A stretch of DNA of 64,000 nt, from the NCBI GenBank assembly GCA_020137815.1, contig CM035356.1, forward strand, positions 6,758,001 through 6,822,000, given 5' to 3'. The translations under genes and the position numbers were made by a program. Below, one piece after another: positions 11,301 through 24,700 of the stretch (positions within the stretch are counted from its first letter, which is position 1; each line of letters opens with the position of its first letter). The DNA is from Hormiphora californensis (Eukaryota > Animalia > Ctenophora). The notes below the pieces were generated by a model. The model was not told where the DNA came from. It worked only from the letters and a program-made list of their open reading frames with translations, and searched no databases.

Positions 11301-14300
11301 TCTTGCCTCATGTCTGAAATGAGGGTTTGGGTAAAAACATGTAGGCAACATGTATGAAGTTAATGTTGTCATTATCATGTTAACTAAAGTTCTGTTGTTC
11401 CATTTCTTTAGCCCTTCTTCCCTATCCCATACTAATCACACACGTTCGAGACCTAAGATTTGTGTGTGTCGCCTTGGAACCTATAATTACGATCGAGACC
11501 CACGCGGGAACCTACGAGTTGTGTGTGTGTGTTTTATGGGAATTGAATTTATATACGGCACAGAGTGACAAATAAAAGTGATATCCCCCGTATAATAGCC
11601 TGCAATTCCTATTATCCTAACTGTGCACACAATGCAGGGCTTGCTTTCTTGCAATACTCCCGACTCAAATATCCGACTAATACCTAACAGTAATCCTCAA
11701 CTGATCGTTTGAAATGTCTAAAAAAACTTGAGAAAGAATTTAAGACGATCTGATTTGTCATACTTTGGTGCACCCACGGCGTGTTTAATGAGATTTAGAA
11801 CTAGGTTTAGGATTTAGGATTAGGTTTAGTATTAGGTTTATTATTTAGGTCTAGAATTAGGTTTATCACGCATGACCAAAGGTGACCTAAGTTTTGTGAT
11901 CTGGACCCAAAACGATATCCTAAACTCAAAACGGATATATTACAGGAGGTCTTTAGTAAGGTATTGCCTGCATTCTATAACATCAAATAGAAACAGAATC
12001 AGATAAGAGCTGAGCAGCTCTATTGGAGCACTAAAATAGTCATTGTAAAACTTTGGGCAACACAATACGTACCTGATAAAACAGTAGAAACACTCATTTT
12101 GTGAGGCATTAGCTTGTCCCGTCTTGATAGTTGGTAATGATTAGCAGGGTCATCGTAAATGTGGCCCACAGAGCTATCACGGGAGTGGGGTACCCCATGC
12201 GTGCTGCTAGGTGCTCTTGGCATCAACTGAGGGGGAGGAGGGCTGGGGTTACAACTTACAAGTCATAAAGGGGGAAGACCTTCTTGATAAACAGAAAATT
12301 ATTTCACAAACCAAGTAGCCTGCTAGCAAGGTACTCTTCCTAGGAGGAAGGTTCAATTTAACCAAATGTGCCATACCTCAGGTTCGGTGAAGGGACGTTG
12401 TCTCCTACTCAGATCTCTCATTACAATATTATCCTCAGTCTCTCCAGTATAGTATCCTCCGTCAGGTGTCACGGTCTGTGTGGAAATGGGTGTCACTGTC
12501 TGTGCAATGGAAATTATGGGTGTCACTGTCTGTGCAATGGAAATTATGGGTGTCACTGTCTGTGCAATGGAAATTATGGGTGTCACTGTCTGTGCAATGG
12601 AAATTATGGGTGTCACTGTCTGTGCAATGGAAATTATGGGTGTCACTGTCTGTGCAATGGAAATTATGGGTGTCACTGTCTGTGTCTGCGTGTGGAAATG
12701 GGTTTTAAGTGAGTTGTGAAAAATTTTGTTATGCGTGTGTGAAATGAATTGAGCCAAATACTCACCCGTCCATCCTTATTGGTAACAGTAGTCGGGTTAA
12801 CGAAAGTTAGATCCTTTGACCCGGACCGGTGCTTCCTCCTCCGGATGATAAAGATGATGATAACAATTAAGAGGACTATTAAAATGATGATTCCTCCCGC
12901 TGCTGCACCTCCAACTAGGAACACCTGAGTGAGAGAGGGGGTTGGAAGAGAGGGAGGGAGAGAGGGTAGGAATCAATGCCAAGGGGGGGGGGCGTACGAG
13001 ATAAAGGGACAGCAATAATAATAATAATAATAAAGATTTTGGCCACACGGCCAACTCGAAATTCACTCTAAGTACGTCTAAACTCACTTCCATTTCCCAC
13101 AATAGTAATTAAAAAAATATACATTAAAATGTGCATCAGGCACATACATTGACCATTAAAACAGTTCGGTTCTCTAAAACATGTTGGTGTTAATTCCCTT
13201 TAATTTAGCTAGCGACGGATTAGCAGACATGTACTTAGCATACGAATCATGATTACAAATAAGCAAATAGAGCTCTGCAAAATTTGTTCTATCGAACCCT
13301 AACAGAATGAAATAAAATGCGGTGTGAGCCACACAATGTAAAGTACCTGTGAGGTAGCGGCTGATTCCTCCCGGGGATATACATTGATCAGGATCTTAGA
13401 TGTGGAGGTAAGGGTGGTGGAGGGATCTGCTGGACTGTCCTTAACTCCAACAGTCAACTCTACCAGATGGAATGTACCTGAAATAGTGGTAATAATTTGT
13501 TATGTTCTAACCCTCCTTTACATTTGTAACACAGTCTAGCTAGGCAAGGTAATAATATTGTCTGCCAGTAGTCAAGTGTATATAGGTACTCTGCCAGACC
13601 ACTGTTTCAGGACCAGGCCAATGCTCTGACTGCTGAAAGAGTTTATAGACCTATCATTGTAAAGTTCATCGTTCTAAATCTCTGTGATTTGATTTGTTTT
13701 ACGAGATACGGCTTTTGTGTATGCCTTTTTTTAAATCGCTAAATGCCCTAAATTGTGGAATCTGTTGTTGAAATTTGGTAGTGAGTAGGGCGGATTATTC
13801 GGGAGAGGTATTGAGTAGCAGATCTCTATATTCCATTTCCTATTTTCCATGGTTAGTTCAACAAATATCATCTCTATTCTCGGTTATATCTTGATACATT
13901 GCAGTATTCCTCAACATGGACAATAACTTTGCGACGATGTCCGACCCGGATCAGACACCCACAGGAAGCACCTTCGCTCGGGAAGCTCTCAAACCCCTAA
14001 CCATAACGATGTGCGTCCTGGGTCTGATAAGCAGTATCCTTCTGGTGGTAACAATCTTTGCCCGATGTCGCCGGTGGACTAACCTCCCCTTCACCTCGAC
14101 TCTCTATCTGCACATCTGTACTTTAAACATCATTCAATGTCTCAACATCCTCTTCCTCATTCCCATTTGGAATACATTTGGAACAGCTAAAAACAGTCCT
14201 GTCTACATTGTGATCGGGAATGTTACTGCCATTGCACGGCCAGCATTACTCCTATCCATTTACTTCTTCAGATTTCAGTGCATCGTCCGTCCCTCGTCTA

Positions 14301-16626
14301 TTTTTACCAGGGGTGAAGCCGAACGTCACCGACTAAAAACACTAATTTGGTGCATTTGGGCTGGAGCCGTGGTGGTATCTGTCGTAAATAGATTGTGCTA
14401 CGTTACGTTACGTGGTCGTAAGATCGACTATGCCAAGTTGTTTACGGTGACACTAACTCTTACTTTGCAAACGTCAATCATCGTGGTCTCTGTTGCCATG
14501 GTGACATATCTGAGTGTTTTGTACCGGAAATTTAGCCGCAACCAGTCTGAAGTCACTCCCCTTCTTGATGGTAGTGGTAGCGCTGCTCTACTTGAAAACA
14601 TCACCCTAACCCTTCGAATAGTCTGCTCCACGCTTCTAGTCGATCTTATCTGCTTCTCCTACGCAACATTGTTGAACATTCAGATAGCCATCTACTCGGT
14701 AAACGGTGATGTGTTCCCTGTCCTTTTTAGACAGCTCTTCCGATGGCTGGGATCTCAACTTGTGATGTACAACCTGATGTTTGAATTGCATGGTGCAGTC
14801 TATGCTGTTCTGATCAGTTGGGTACTGATCCTGGTACAAGCCAGTATGAGGCAGGCTCTGTGGGGTGTGGTGAAACGTGTGGCGGGGAGGTTCTGTGGTA
14901 CAGATGATGAGGAGTAAAGGCAGGCTCTGTGGGGCGTAGTGAAACGTGTGGCGGGGAGGTTCTGTGGTAGAGACGATGAGGAGTAGAGGCAGGCTCTGTG
15001 GGGTGTAGTGAAACGTGTGGCGGGGAGGTTCTGTGGTACAGATGATGAGGAGTAAAGGCAGGCTCTGTGGGGCGTAGTGACTAGTGAAAGGTGTGGCGGG
15101 GAGATTCTGTGGTACAAATTAGCAAGACTAGTGGTATACGAAAACAATATGTTAATCAATTAGTGAACTGAATATTACGATGTGATAATTGATTTGTTTT
15201 GTAACCATTGAACAATGTTATCATGAATGAGATCTGATCAGGATTTAATAATTTGTTTGTGTGTCTCGCATGATCGGCCTATAACTAATTTAACCCTTTG
15301 AGGCCCATAGTGATTGGCTGAACGAAATTTTCTAATTTTTCCCAGATATACCCAGCATGATACTCTAAGATTAGGGGAAAAATAGTTTTTCAAATCGGTT
15401 CGTTACTTTTTCAGATACAGCATGGGTCATATATGACCCTCTGGGTCGTTTGGGAAGTTAAGAATTTCAAGCGGCCTAGGGGTCCTCCATATGCCTTCCA
15501 AGCCATAAAATCTGGTTAGTCAGTGCCCTAGAGATGAAACGAGTTGACAGGAACCGTTAAATGATCCTTTAGGTCAGGAACCTCTGGTTTCACTCCTGCA
15601 ATATTTTATGTTTACAAGTAAAGTGTTGGTGTAATGATTTGCAAATTTGTTCTACAAAATTGGAATTTCCAGTGTTTTCTTTTTCTCAGCCACCAAAGAA
15701 CACAATTTGAAACGCCACAAACAAAGGTTCAATTCTTCTGGAATTCCGTCTAGACCACAAAGAGTGAGAGAGCGGGGATCCCTTTGACTCTCTGTCACAA
15801 CTGTCTGTTACAGCTCTCCTTTTATTTAGTGTTTAGGCTTTTCTGTCACACTCAACTGATGCAGGTCGCTAGACATATATAATTTGTTACAAGGCAATAT
15901 AGGGTACTGAATGACAGAGATAAGACTCGACTTCTTATTAGAGCTCCCCGACCAATTCATTTTAAACCTAGGTACACATATTAAATGACAATTTATACGC
16001 TTAGTAGAATCACGGAGTCCCTAAATAAATGTTATTAGAATGGTGGAAACTGCACCTACCATATTCATCAGCCCGTTCCAGATCCCTCCTCCTCCTTCTC
16101 TGGTCTCCATTCTGTTCTACAAGCTGGATGAGGGCACCTGAACCGCTATCAATATTCCAACCTGTCGGCAGAGATGGACGTTTTAATCGAAAAATATTCT
16201 GAATGTCTGAAAATTTTATTGATAAGACTAGGATTTTAATCGAGTGTCGTGACAACGAAGAATTTTGGAAGTTTTAGAAAAAAAGGGAGGGAATTGTTAG
16301 GTTTCAACTACTGAGCCCAGACCACCCAATATATATGTTGGGTCATCAGATACTGCAGTAATAATTCACTCCTATCCAAAATGCAATGGTGGTGTCATGC
16401 AGTATCACCCTTTTTCTCCTAACGGTCCCATCTTTATGATATAGGCTCTCGATCTCAAAGCTCTGTTGCGGTCATTTTAGATATCCCATACCCCCTCCCT
16501 CTCTCTCCCATACCCCTCCCTCTCTCTCACGATTCACACGGCGGAAAGAGCTCAAAAGGGTGCTAACCAGGATTCGCACGTCCAAAAACACGTCTGAGAG
16601 TTAGAGGTATCACCAGATCTCTTTCC

Positions 16627-16679
<53 letters not shown>

Positions 16680-19600
16680 CCCTCTCTCTCTCTCGCTCTC
16701 TCCCCTCTCTCTTTTTCTTTCTCTCCCTCTCATCTCACCCTCACAGTTCATTTGGGGTATTGTTACAAAATAAGTCACCATCATGGGGCTCGATTTGGGG
16801 GAAGGGCGTGCATTGCACTTTGCTTAGAATAATTTCTTTCTCATTTTTTAGTCGCTCAGTACTACCCAGATATCAAAATGTTGGGAATAAATTTGGCGAG
16901 CTGGATCACTTTTGGCTTTTGAGTTTTGACCTATTCCAAAGAGTAGAGGCTGCTTAGAAGACCTATGATAAGGAGAGGTATTTTAAACTCGGACTCCCAC
17001 GCCCCCAGTTTCCAAAATTCAGAAACCCCAAATATGAACTAACCAGGAACCGACCGAATCAGGAAATACTGGCCACTGATTGGCTGATAACCAGTCACGT
17101 GACCTAAATAACAAGTTCTGATTGGTTGTTGACTTGTGTAACTAACCAGAATTGGGTGTGACAAGGTAGTACTGGAGTAGGCCATCATTCCCCGCATCCT
17201 TGTCAGTTGCAATCACAGTTCCCACTTCCCTGGGGAGAGGGAGAGAGAGTGGGAGAGAGAGAGAGAGAGAGAGAGAGAGGGGAGAGAGAGAGAGGTAGGA
17301 GGAGAGGAGGAGGGAGAGAGAGGAGAAAATAGAAAAAAGATAGACTAGCGGATCCTCCAAAGGTTGGGCCCAAAACCCAAAAGGGAGCCTCCTAATATCC
17401 AAAGCTCATCGATTCATTTTTTCCTCCTCTTTAAATCCTAAATAGTTTTTTTGCCTCTTTAAAAAATTTTTTCAGTGAACTGTTTTTTTTTTAAAACATA
17501 GGAATAAAAATTTTTTTAATCAACCTGCCCGGTTTGGGAAGGATCTTTTTTTTTAAATATTTTTCTATTTTTAAAACGCCCTTTTGGCAAATTTCCCAAA
17601 ATTTGGGGGAAATAAATTGGGAAAGTTGGTCAACGTTTTGAGTGGCCAAAAAATTTTTGGGGCTTCCTTTTTAAAAATAAGAGTAGTTTTTTTGGAACCT
17701 CTTTTCCCAAAATAAAACCCCTTGAACTAAAGGCCGACCGAAGGAAAACTGGCCATGTTAAAAAACCGACCCAAAAAAGCCCGATTTGGGTTTTGAACTT
17801 GCTCCAATTTAAGGGTTTTTGTGAATTTGGGAAAAAAAACCTCTTCCCACGGATTTTTGTGATTTTTTTTGAATTTGGGGAATAGGGAAAAAGGGAAAGG
17901 AAAAAGAAAAATTTAAGGGGAGAAAAAGGAAAATTTTAGAAGAAATTTGGAGTTTGGGGGGGGGGCCCGATAGAATTGTTTTTCGAATTACAGCAACCGT
18001 AAAAAGGGAGAATGTCTTTTAGACCCCCCTTGGCCTCTAAATTTTAAGCCCATATGAGGTTCAAACCGAATTAAGATAAAAAGGAAATTAAAAGGGGGTA
18101 AAGAGGTTTAAAACAAAAAAACATTGCTGAAATCTTACCCCTTGGGAAAGCCCCAAATTTTTGGCAATTAGGAAAAGGAAAAAAACCCTTGAAATTTAAG
18201 CTTTTATTTTTGGAAAAAATTTTTTAAGGGGTTTAAAGGAAGGGAAAAAAAAAATAACAGGAGGGAAACAGGGACAAAAAAAATTTGGGGCATCCCCATT
18301 TTTGGGGGGGAAAAAAAAAAAATTTTTGACCAAAAAGGAAAAGGAGCAAAACAAAAAGGGAAAAAGGAGGAGAAAAAATGAAGATGAGAAATGAGTTTAT
18401 TCTTGGATGGCAAAATACGTGGAAAAATCCCTCACTGAAAAAAAATTTTTAACTACAAAAATAATAATAAGTAACCTTTAAGGTTGTAATTTTCCAAAAA
18501 ATTTTAACTTTTAATTTATTTCTTTTTAATTACTTTTTTGGTTCAGGGGGGGGGTTTTCCAAAAGGAAGGTTTGAAAAATTTAAAAAACAATTTTCTGTT
18601 AGGTGGATCATATGCCTTGAAGTTGTAAACACTCCGTTCAAATTCGGGCGGGAACTCGTTAACCCCACTAACCCTCACCACCACCTCCCCCTTCACCAAA
18701 TGACCATGGATATCCTCAATTCCACACTCCACAGAATACTCAGTCTGCATCTCAAAATCCAAATCTCCTACCGTCGTGATCACCCCATCCACATGATCAA
18801 TGACAAACAACCCCTGAGTACTAGATAGCGTGTAGAAGATGGGCCCAACAGCAGACCCCAAACACACTCCAGCAGTTGATCCAGGGGGTGAGTCCTCCGG
18901 GATAGTATTTCCCCGCAGGGTGGTAATGGAGGGTGGGGTGTTGGTGTCACGGTAAACAGTTACAGTTACCGTGGTTGTGACTGTGAAGACTGGATCAGTG
19001 ACGGAGAGGGGGAGGGAGATTGTGGTGATGGGATCTGGTAGGGTGGAGAGAGCAGCAGTTGGGGATATTTCACCTAGCAGGGAAGAGAGTGGTTGTGGTT
19101 TAGACCTTGCTCGAACTGCGTGTCTCTAGCAGAGACACATACATGGTGAATTTTCCAATTTTACCTGTCAGAGAATTGATCGTAAATTGGGTGCTAGTTG
19201 TTGAAAAGGAGAGAGGGTCATTTTCATCTTCATCAGTTACACGGGGCTTGAACACAACCTGAAATTACAGAGACATGTTTTAGAAACACATGATAGATAT
19301 AAATGTTAGAAATACATGATTGAAAGATGTTATTTAGACATGACTGTTGACTGAGGAGTAATGACATTACTGTTGGCTAATGACAAGATATTATTCAGTG
19401 TAATAACTAATATCTCATCGGGTGATAGAGAAGTTTCTCACAGCTCAGCTATCTAGCTGCTGGGGCCGGATTCCCCCAAAGTGTCGTGTACTTTTCCTAA
19501 GAAATCCCACTGTAATTCTTGTTTTCACAAGCAATTACTTGGGATCATTTAACATAATAGAAACGATTAAAAACACCATTTTAAACAAACAAATACACAC

Positions 19601-21702
19601 ACGACAGACGACCCCTGTCCCATGATGGAACATACTAACATACAAACAAAGTTATTCGATTTTTAAGCTGTAGACATGTCTTGCAAGTGGTGCTTGCTAC
19701 CAAATTCAGCTATGCTAATGACTGATGAGTGAAAACAGTCGAACCCCGATTTACTGGGATGCTCGAGGGAAAGTATTTCGGACCCCGATTTTCCGGGCCG
19801 ATTGTAGAAATAACTTCTCCTCGCATGTTTTACCTTGTCTGTTTCCAAGTTTGATGATATTGCCACTTGGTACGGGGTGTCCTCAAACACCGGCTTAGTG
19901 TCACTGATATCGGTCACAGTGATAGATACAGTAATAGTGTCATTATGAGTGTCATCCGTGTCAAATACTGCACAGACCAACTCATAACTTGACTTGGTCT
20001 CCCTGAAAAAGATTGTGTGATAGTAATATTGTGTATTGGTAATATAATTGTGTGATAGTAATATCATGTGTGTCCTACCCAGCCTGGAGGTGGAGTAAAC
20101 CCCTCAATTTCTTCTTGCTGAGATGAGATGATGAGAGGATAACAGTGCCTGCCCAGGATTCGAAGCGTGAATAAGAACATAGTGGTAATTAAATTGGAAT
20201 GGGCAGAACATCTGATGATGTATAGTAAAGTGATTGAGGTAGAGCGAGACTGCCCAGGATTGGAAGAGCGAAAGTGATTGAGGTAGAAACTCTCTACTAG
20301 AGAGTGCTTCATTGTTTATTGGATTGAAGAATACAAAGATAACAGCAGTTTATTGGATAGCGAGGTTTTATTGCTCAAACATAGTTAGGGGTGTTGGGCT
20401 TCAGAATGGGAAGGGTCCCCTGCCGTCCCAGGTTTCATTGAATAGTTATATATGTTTTATTGCTTTAGTATGCGTGAAAAGAAGGGGGTAAAGAAGGGGT
20501 TCTAGGTATTATTACAGTGAGAAAAATAGTGAAAGATTCCGGAAGTCGGTGGAGAAGTCTTTCATGAAGCTAGTTCGAGAAGGGAGAATTATATAGAGAA
20601 TGGAGGATATTGAGAATGGAATATATGGGTTTGGATAAATTATTAGATCACTTGAGATGAGAATATCGGGCGTGAAATATGAAGATCTGAATGAGATTAT
20701 CTGATAACACCTTATTCTAGCTGGATGAGAGAAAGAAAGGATAGCATTGTTATCTGTTTCAGGGCGTGTAATTCATATAAGTGTAATGGAAGTCGCCAGT
20801 TATGGAAGTAAATGACAGCACCCCCTGTTCCCGAACCTTCAAAAATTCGAGAAATGACATCTGTGTGTTATTGTGTGAATCGGATTAACCTAGAAAAAGT
20901 TACACCCAAAAACAGTAGATCATGTTTCACATCGATAAAAATAGGACATGTTCTGTTGTGGATTAAATACCCTCAAGTACCCGCGTCTGTAGCGTCACCA
21001 AACTCTTATGACCCATTACTCAGTTTGAGGAGGTACAGTTGGACCCCGATTTACCGGGATGCTTATTGCTTGCGGGTAAGGGTTTTGCCCGGTAAATCGG
21101 GGTCCGGCTGTATGGGAAATGGTCATATCTTTTGGGGAAACATGGAGCGGTTGCCACATCTTTAGGATGATGGTCACGGACTACAGCTTGTGTGTACGTG
21201 CGAGTGTTCAATCCTCTTTCTCCAATTCCTCCTCTCTCTCTCTCTCTCTCTCTCTCAACCCCTTACTCTCTCTCCAGTCTCCTGGCCAAATGATCTCAAG
21301 AACCCCCACTTAGAAAATTACATTGCACAGAGCTCTCTCTCTCTCCCCTTCAGTGAATGGTCACTATGACTACGATGCTTCTTGCTCCGGGCTCAACCTT
21401 CTTTCTTTTTCTTTTTACTTTCTCTCTCTCTCTCTCTCTCACTCTCTCTCTGATCTCTCTCTCTCTTTCTTCTGTTTCCCTCCCTATTTAAATGGGATGC
21501 TTACTATCCTTGCCCAAACGGGCTGAATGATTCTTTTCACGCTTCACACAATTCTGAAATCGTAAAGGACATGACAGCAAACTCATTTTTCCATTTGGTG
21601 GTAACTTTGCGATGCAACTACCCAAAGTTACAACGATTTGCATATGACGTCACGTCCATGTCACCATGTTAATCGGGGCGTGTGTGTCGGTCTGTCTGAC
21701 TT

Positions 21703-21758
<56 letters not shown>

Positions 21759-24700
21759 TGTGAGAGAAAGAGAGAAGAATAAGACGAAAGAACTAAGAGA
21801 GACTCTAGAGAAAGCCACCCGACGAGATGCTATATGGAGCAGCAGATGGTTCGACCAGACGATCTGGAACTCCGATCAAGTTACCATAGAGACATACAAA
21901 ATGTGTGTGACTCCGTCACAGCACACCATTCACATGGGACACATTATATGTGGGGGAGTGGGGGATGAAGGGGGTAGTCTGGCTTTTCAAATTATGAAAA
22001 TCCAACAAAGGAAATCGTTCTAAATTTTAGTAATAACTCTAGGAGTAAATCTTTGAAGAATCTTTACTTCAAGGAGTATGTAACTCTGAGGACGGAGTGT
22101 CCCAAAATCATGAAAACATCACACTGATATTTTGGGGTCGAAGCTGAGTTTGTTTGTTTGTCACCTCGGCTCTCTGTGTAGACCTAATTGGTGTGAGGGT
22201 GTAGGGTTTAATTCCTGTAAGCCTGGGTTCAAATCTCAAAACGATTGCATATTATTTCATTTCTTATCCCCCTCTCGTGGCCGTGAATCTCTCTCTCTGG
22301 ATTCTCCCTTTCCTGCCCTCTGTTCTACAACCTTCGTTCTCGCCCCTTCCTCCCTGATGATTTTACACCCTTTCCTGTCTCCCTTCTCTTTTTTCGCTCC
22401 CTGTCTCTGCCCTTTCTTTCTTCTCTCCCTGTCTCCGCCCTCTCTTTTTCGTTCTCCCCGCCCTCTCTTCTCTCCCTGTCTCCACCGTCTCTTTTTCGCT
22501 CTGACTCTTCACCCTCTCTTTTTCGCTCTCTCCGCCCTCTCTTTTTCGCTCTCTTCACCCTCTCTTTTTCGCTCCTGTCGCTCTGACAGCCGCTCAATGT
22601 GTTCGTGGTAACTGCACGGGTGTTCTAGATAAGGGAGATAACAGAAAGAGAGAGGGTGTATGTGAGGTTGTAATAAATGCATGAAAATATGTCTCAGTTA
22701 TAACAGAAAATCCTAATATAACAGAGAATAACAGAATATCCTAATATTTACCTATCGAGAGATTTTATAGTTTTCACCACTCCACTATCTGAATTGACAC
22801 CGAAAACTGATGTGAAAGAGAGGAGTCTGTAGGTGAGGGTGTCTGATGTATCCAGGTCTGACGCGTCCAAGGTAAACAAGGGCGTTCCTAGAGGAAGGAA
22901 GAGATTTAGAATCTAAATTAAATTACCATGTTCATTCCGATTTTCACAGCTAATTCATTATAAATTCCCCTTTCAAATATCTGTCTGGTGTTGCTGTCTA
23001 TTTTCAAAATCACTCAGAGGGAACCCATTTAGTGGGATATAAAGATTTTAAAGTGAGAATTGCTCGTTATGCCGTTATTTTCACTTCTATTTCCCATTTC
23101 TCTCTCACAGCAGCTCTTTATATTCTCTCTCCCTCACACCAGCCCTTTCTCTCACACCCTCCTTCCTAAATGACCATCAAGAGAGATAAGAGCTCTTGGA
23201 GCTGCTGCTCTAGAGGTTTATAAAATGGTTAGGATCGCAAAATGCGTGGGAAAGAGCATCAGAAATCAGAAATCATGACAATTTAGAAATCCTTTAAAAT
23301 TGAGGTATAGATGGGGGGCGTATAGATTCGAGAGGGGCCACTAGGAAAGAAGAGGAGAACTAGAACGAAGAGGGAGGAAAGAGATTGAGGAACCTTCTAG
23401 GATTCTCGAATCTTTTTTCTCCCTCCCTTCGTCTGAGTGTTACATGAGCCTCTTGAAAGTCCGAGTGTGCCGACACAAAGGGGAGGTCACGGCCCATTTA
23501 ACCCAGACTACACGTACGCTCGAGCCTATTTCGTTCTTTCACTCGACTCTTTCAGCGACATGATATACCTACCAAATACCTACCAAATACCTACCAAATA
23601 CCTACCAAATAATATCTAGACGAAGCTCTAGAGAGACTTACCGATGGTGACATTCTCAGGTACTGAGACAGGTTGTTTGACAGGATTGAGCACAGGAGGG
23701 TTATCATTCACATCCATTACATTGACTGTAAAGGTACAGTCTGTACTGAGAGAGGGATCCGTGGGGTGGGTGTCCGTAACTGTGACTGTCAGGGTGTCCG
23801 ATTGAGTCACCTCGTAATCATATGGTGTCTGGGGAAGAGGGAGAGTTATAATAGTTATCTGGGATCAGAGAACGAAAGAGTAAGTGATTGCTGACTGACT
23901 GTCCAAACCCAGGGCGCGGTGAGACAGGGTTGAAAAAGTCTAAAACCTTTTAAGTTAGGTGCTTAGGAAGAATCTCTAGTGGGATGGAATTTGATAGAGA
24001 TCTGCACAGACTGCAGGGCTATGTTTAGTAAGCATGTGAGTTCACGTTCTCATGAGTGGTCGCTTAGTGTCTGTCCAGAGATTATAGAAGTGGTCGCTTA
24101 GTGTTTGTATTCTCTGATCTCTGGGAAATTACAGAACATTCAGAGGGAAATTATGATGTTGAGGTGTTATGAGGGAATAGGGATGGCCCTGAGCTGAGTG
24201 CGGCTACTAAGCAGAGAGAGAGAGAGAGAGAGAGAAAGAGATAGAGAGAGGGAGATAGGAGAGCTACTAAGAATGTGGTCAAAATTCAATTTTAGACCCT
24301 CTCTCTGGGCAGAGATTGAATGAATGTCAACTTGGTCAAGATTATGAAGATCATTTGGGTTTCAAAGATTCTAGAAAACATGCTCCTACTGAGAGGGTCA
24401 ACAATGCTGCTCAGAGAAGTATGTCAACTACTCTATCTCTATCTTTCTCTATCTTTTTCTTATCTTTCTCTATATCTATCTCTCTTTTTCTCTCCTTCTT
24501 ACCAGTAAAGAGAGTTCACCACTATCCCGTCCCACACTCCACTGTGACCTGCTGCCAGATAGTTCCCAGGTAAAGGCATCACCCTCATCAGGATCACTAG
24601 CTGTCAGGGTTATAACTGGCCCTGAAGAGGGAAGATGTTATGTTGAGTCTCCTAACACTGTGTTCAAAAATATAATATTTTACACCGGGGTTTGACACCG

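Noticed and set aside
11800-11865. Telomere-like TTAGG/CCCTAA runs (also ~30650-30700, ~56860-56910)
   Set aside because: Short, degenerate and interstitial; better explained as repeat-element internals.
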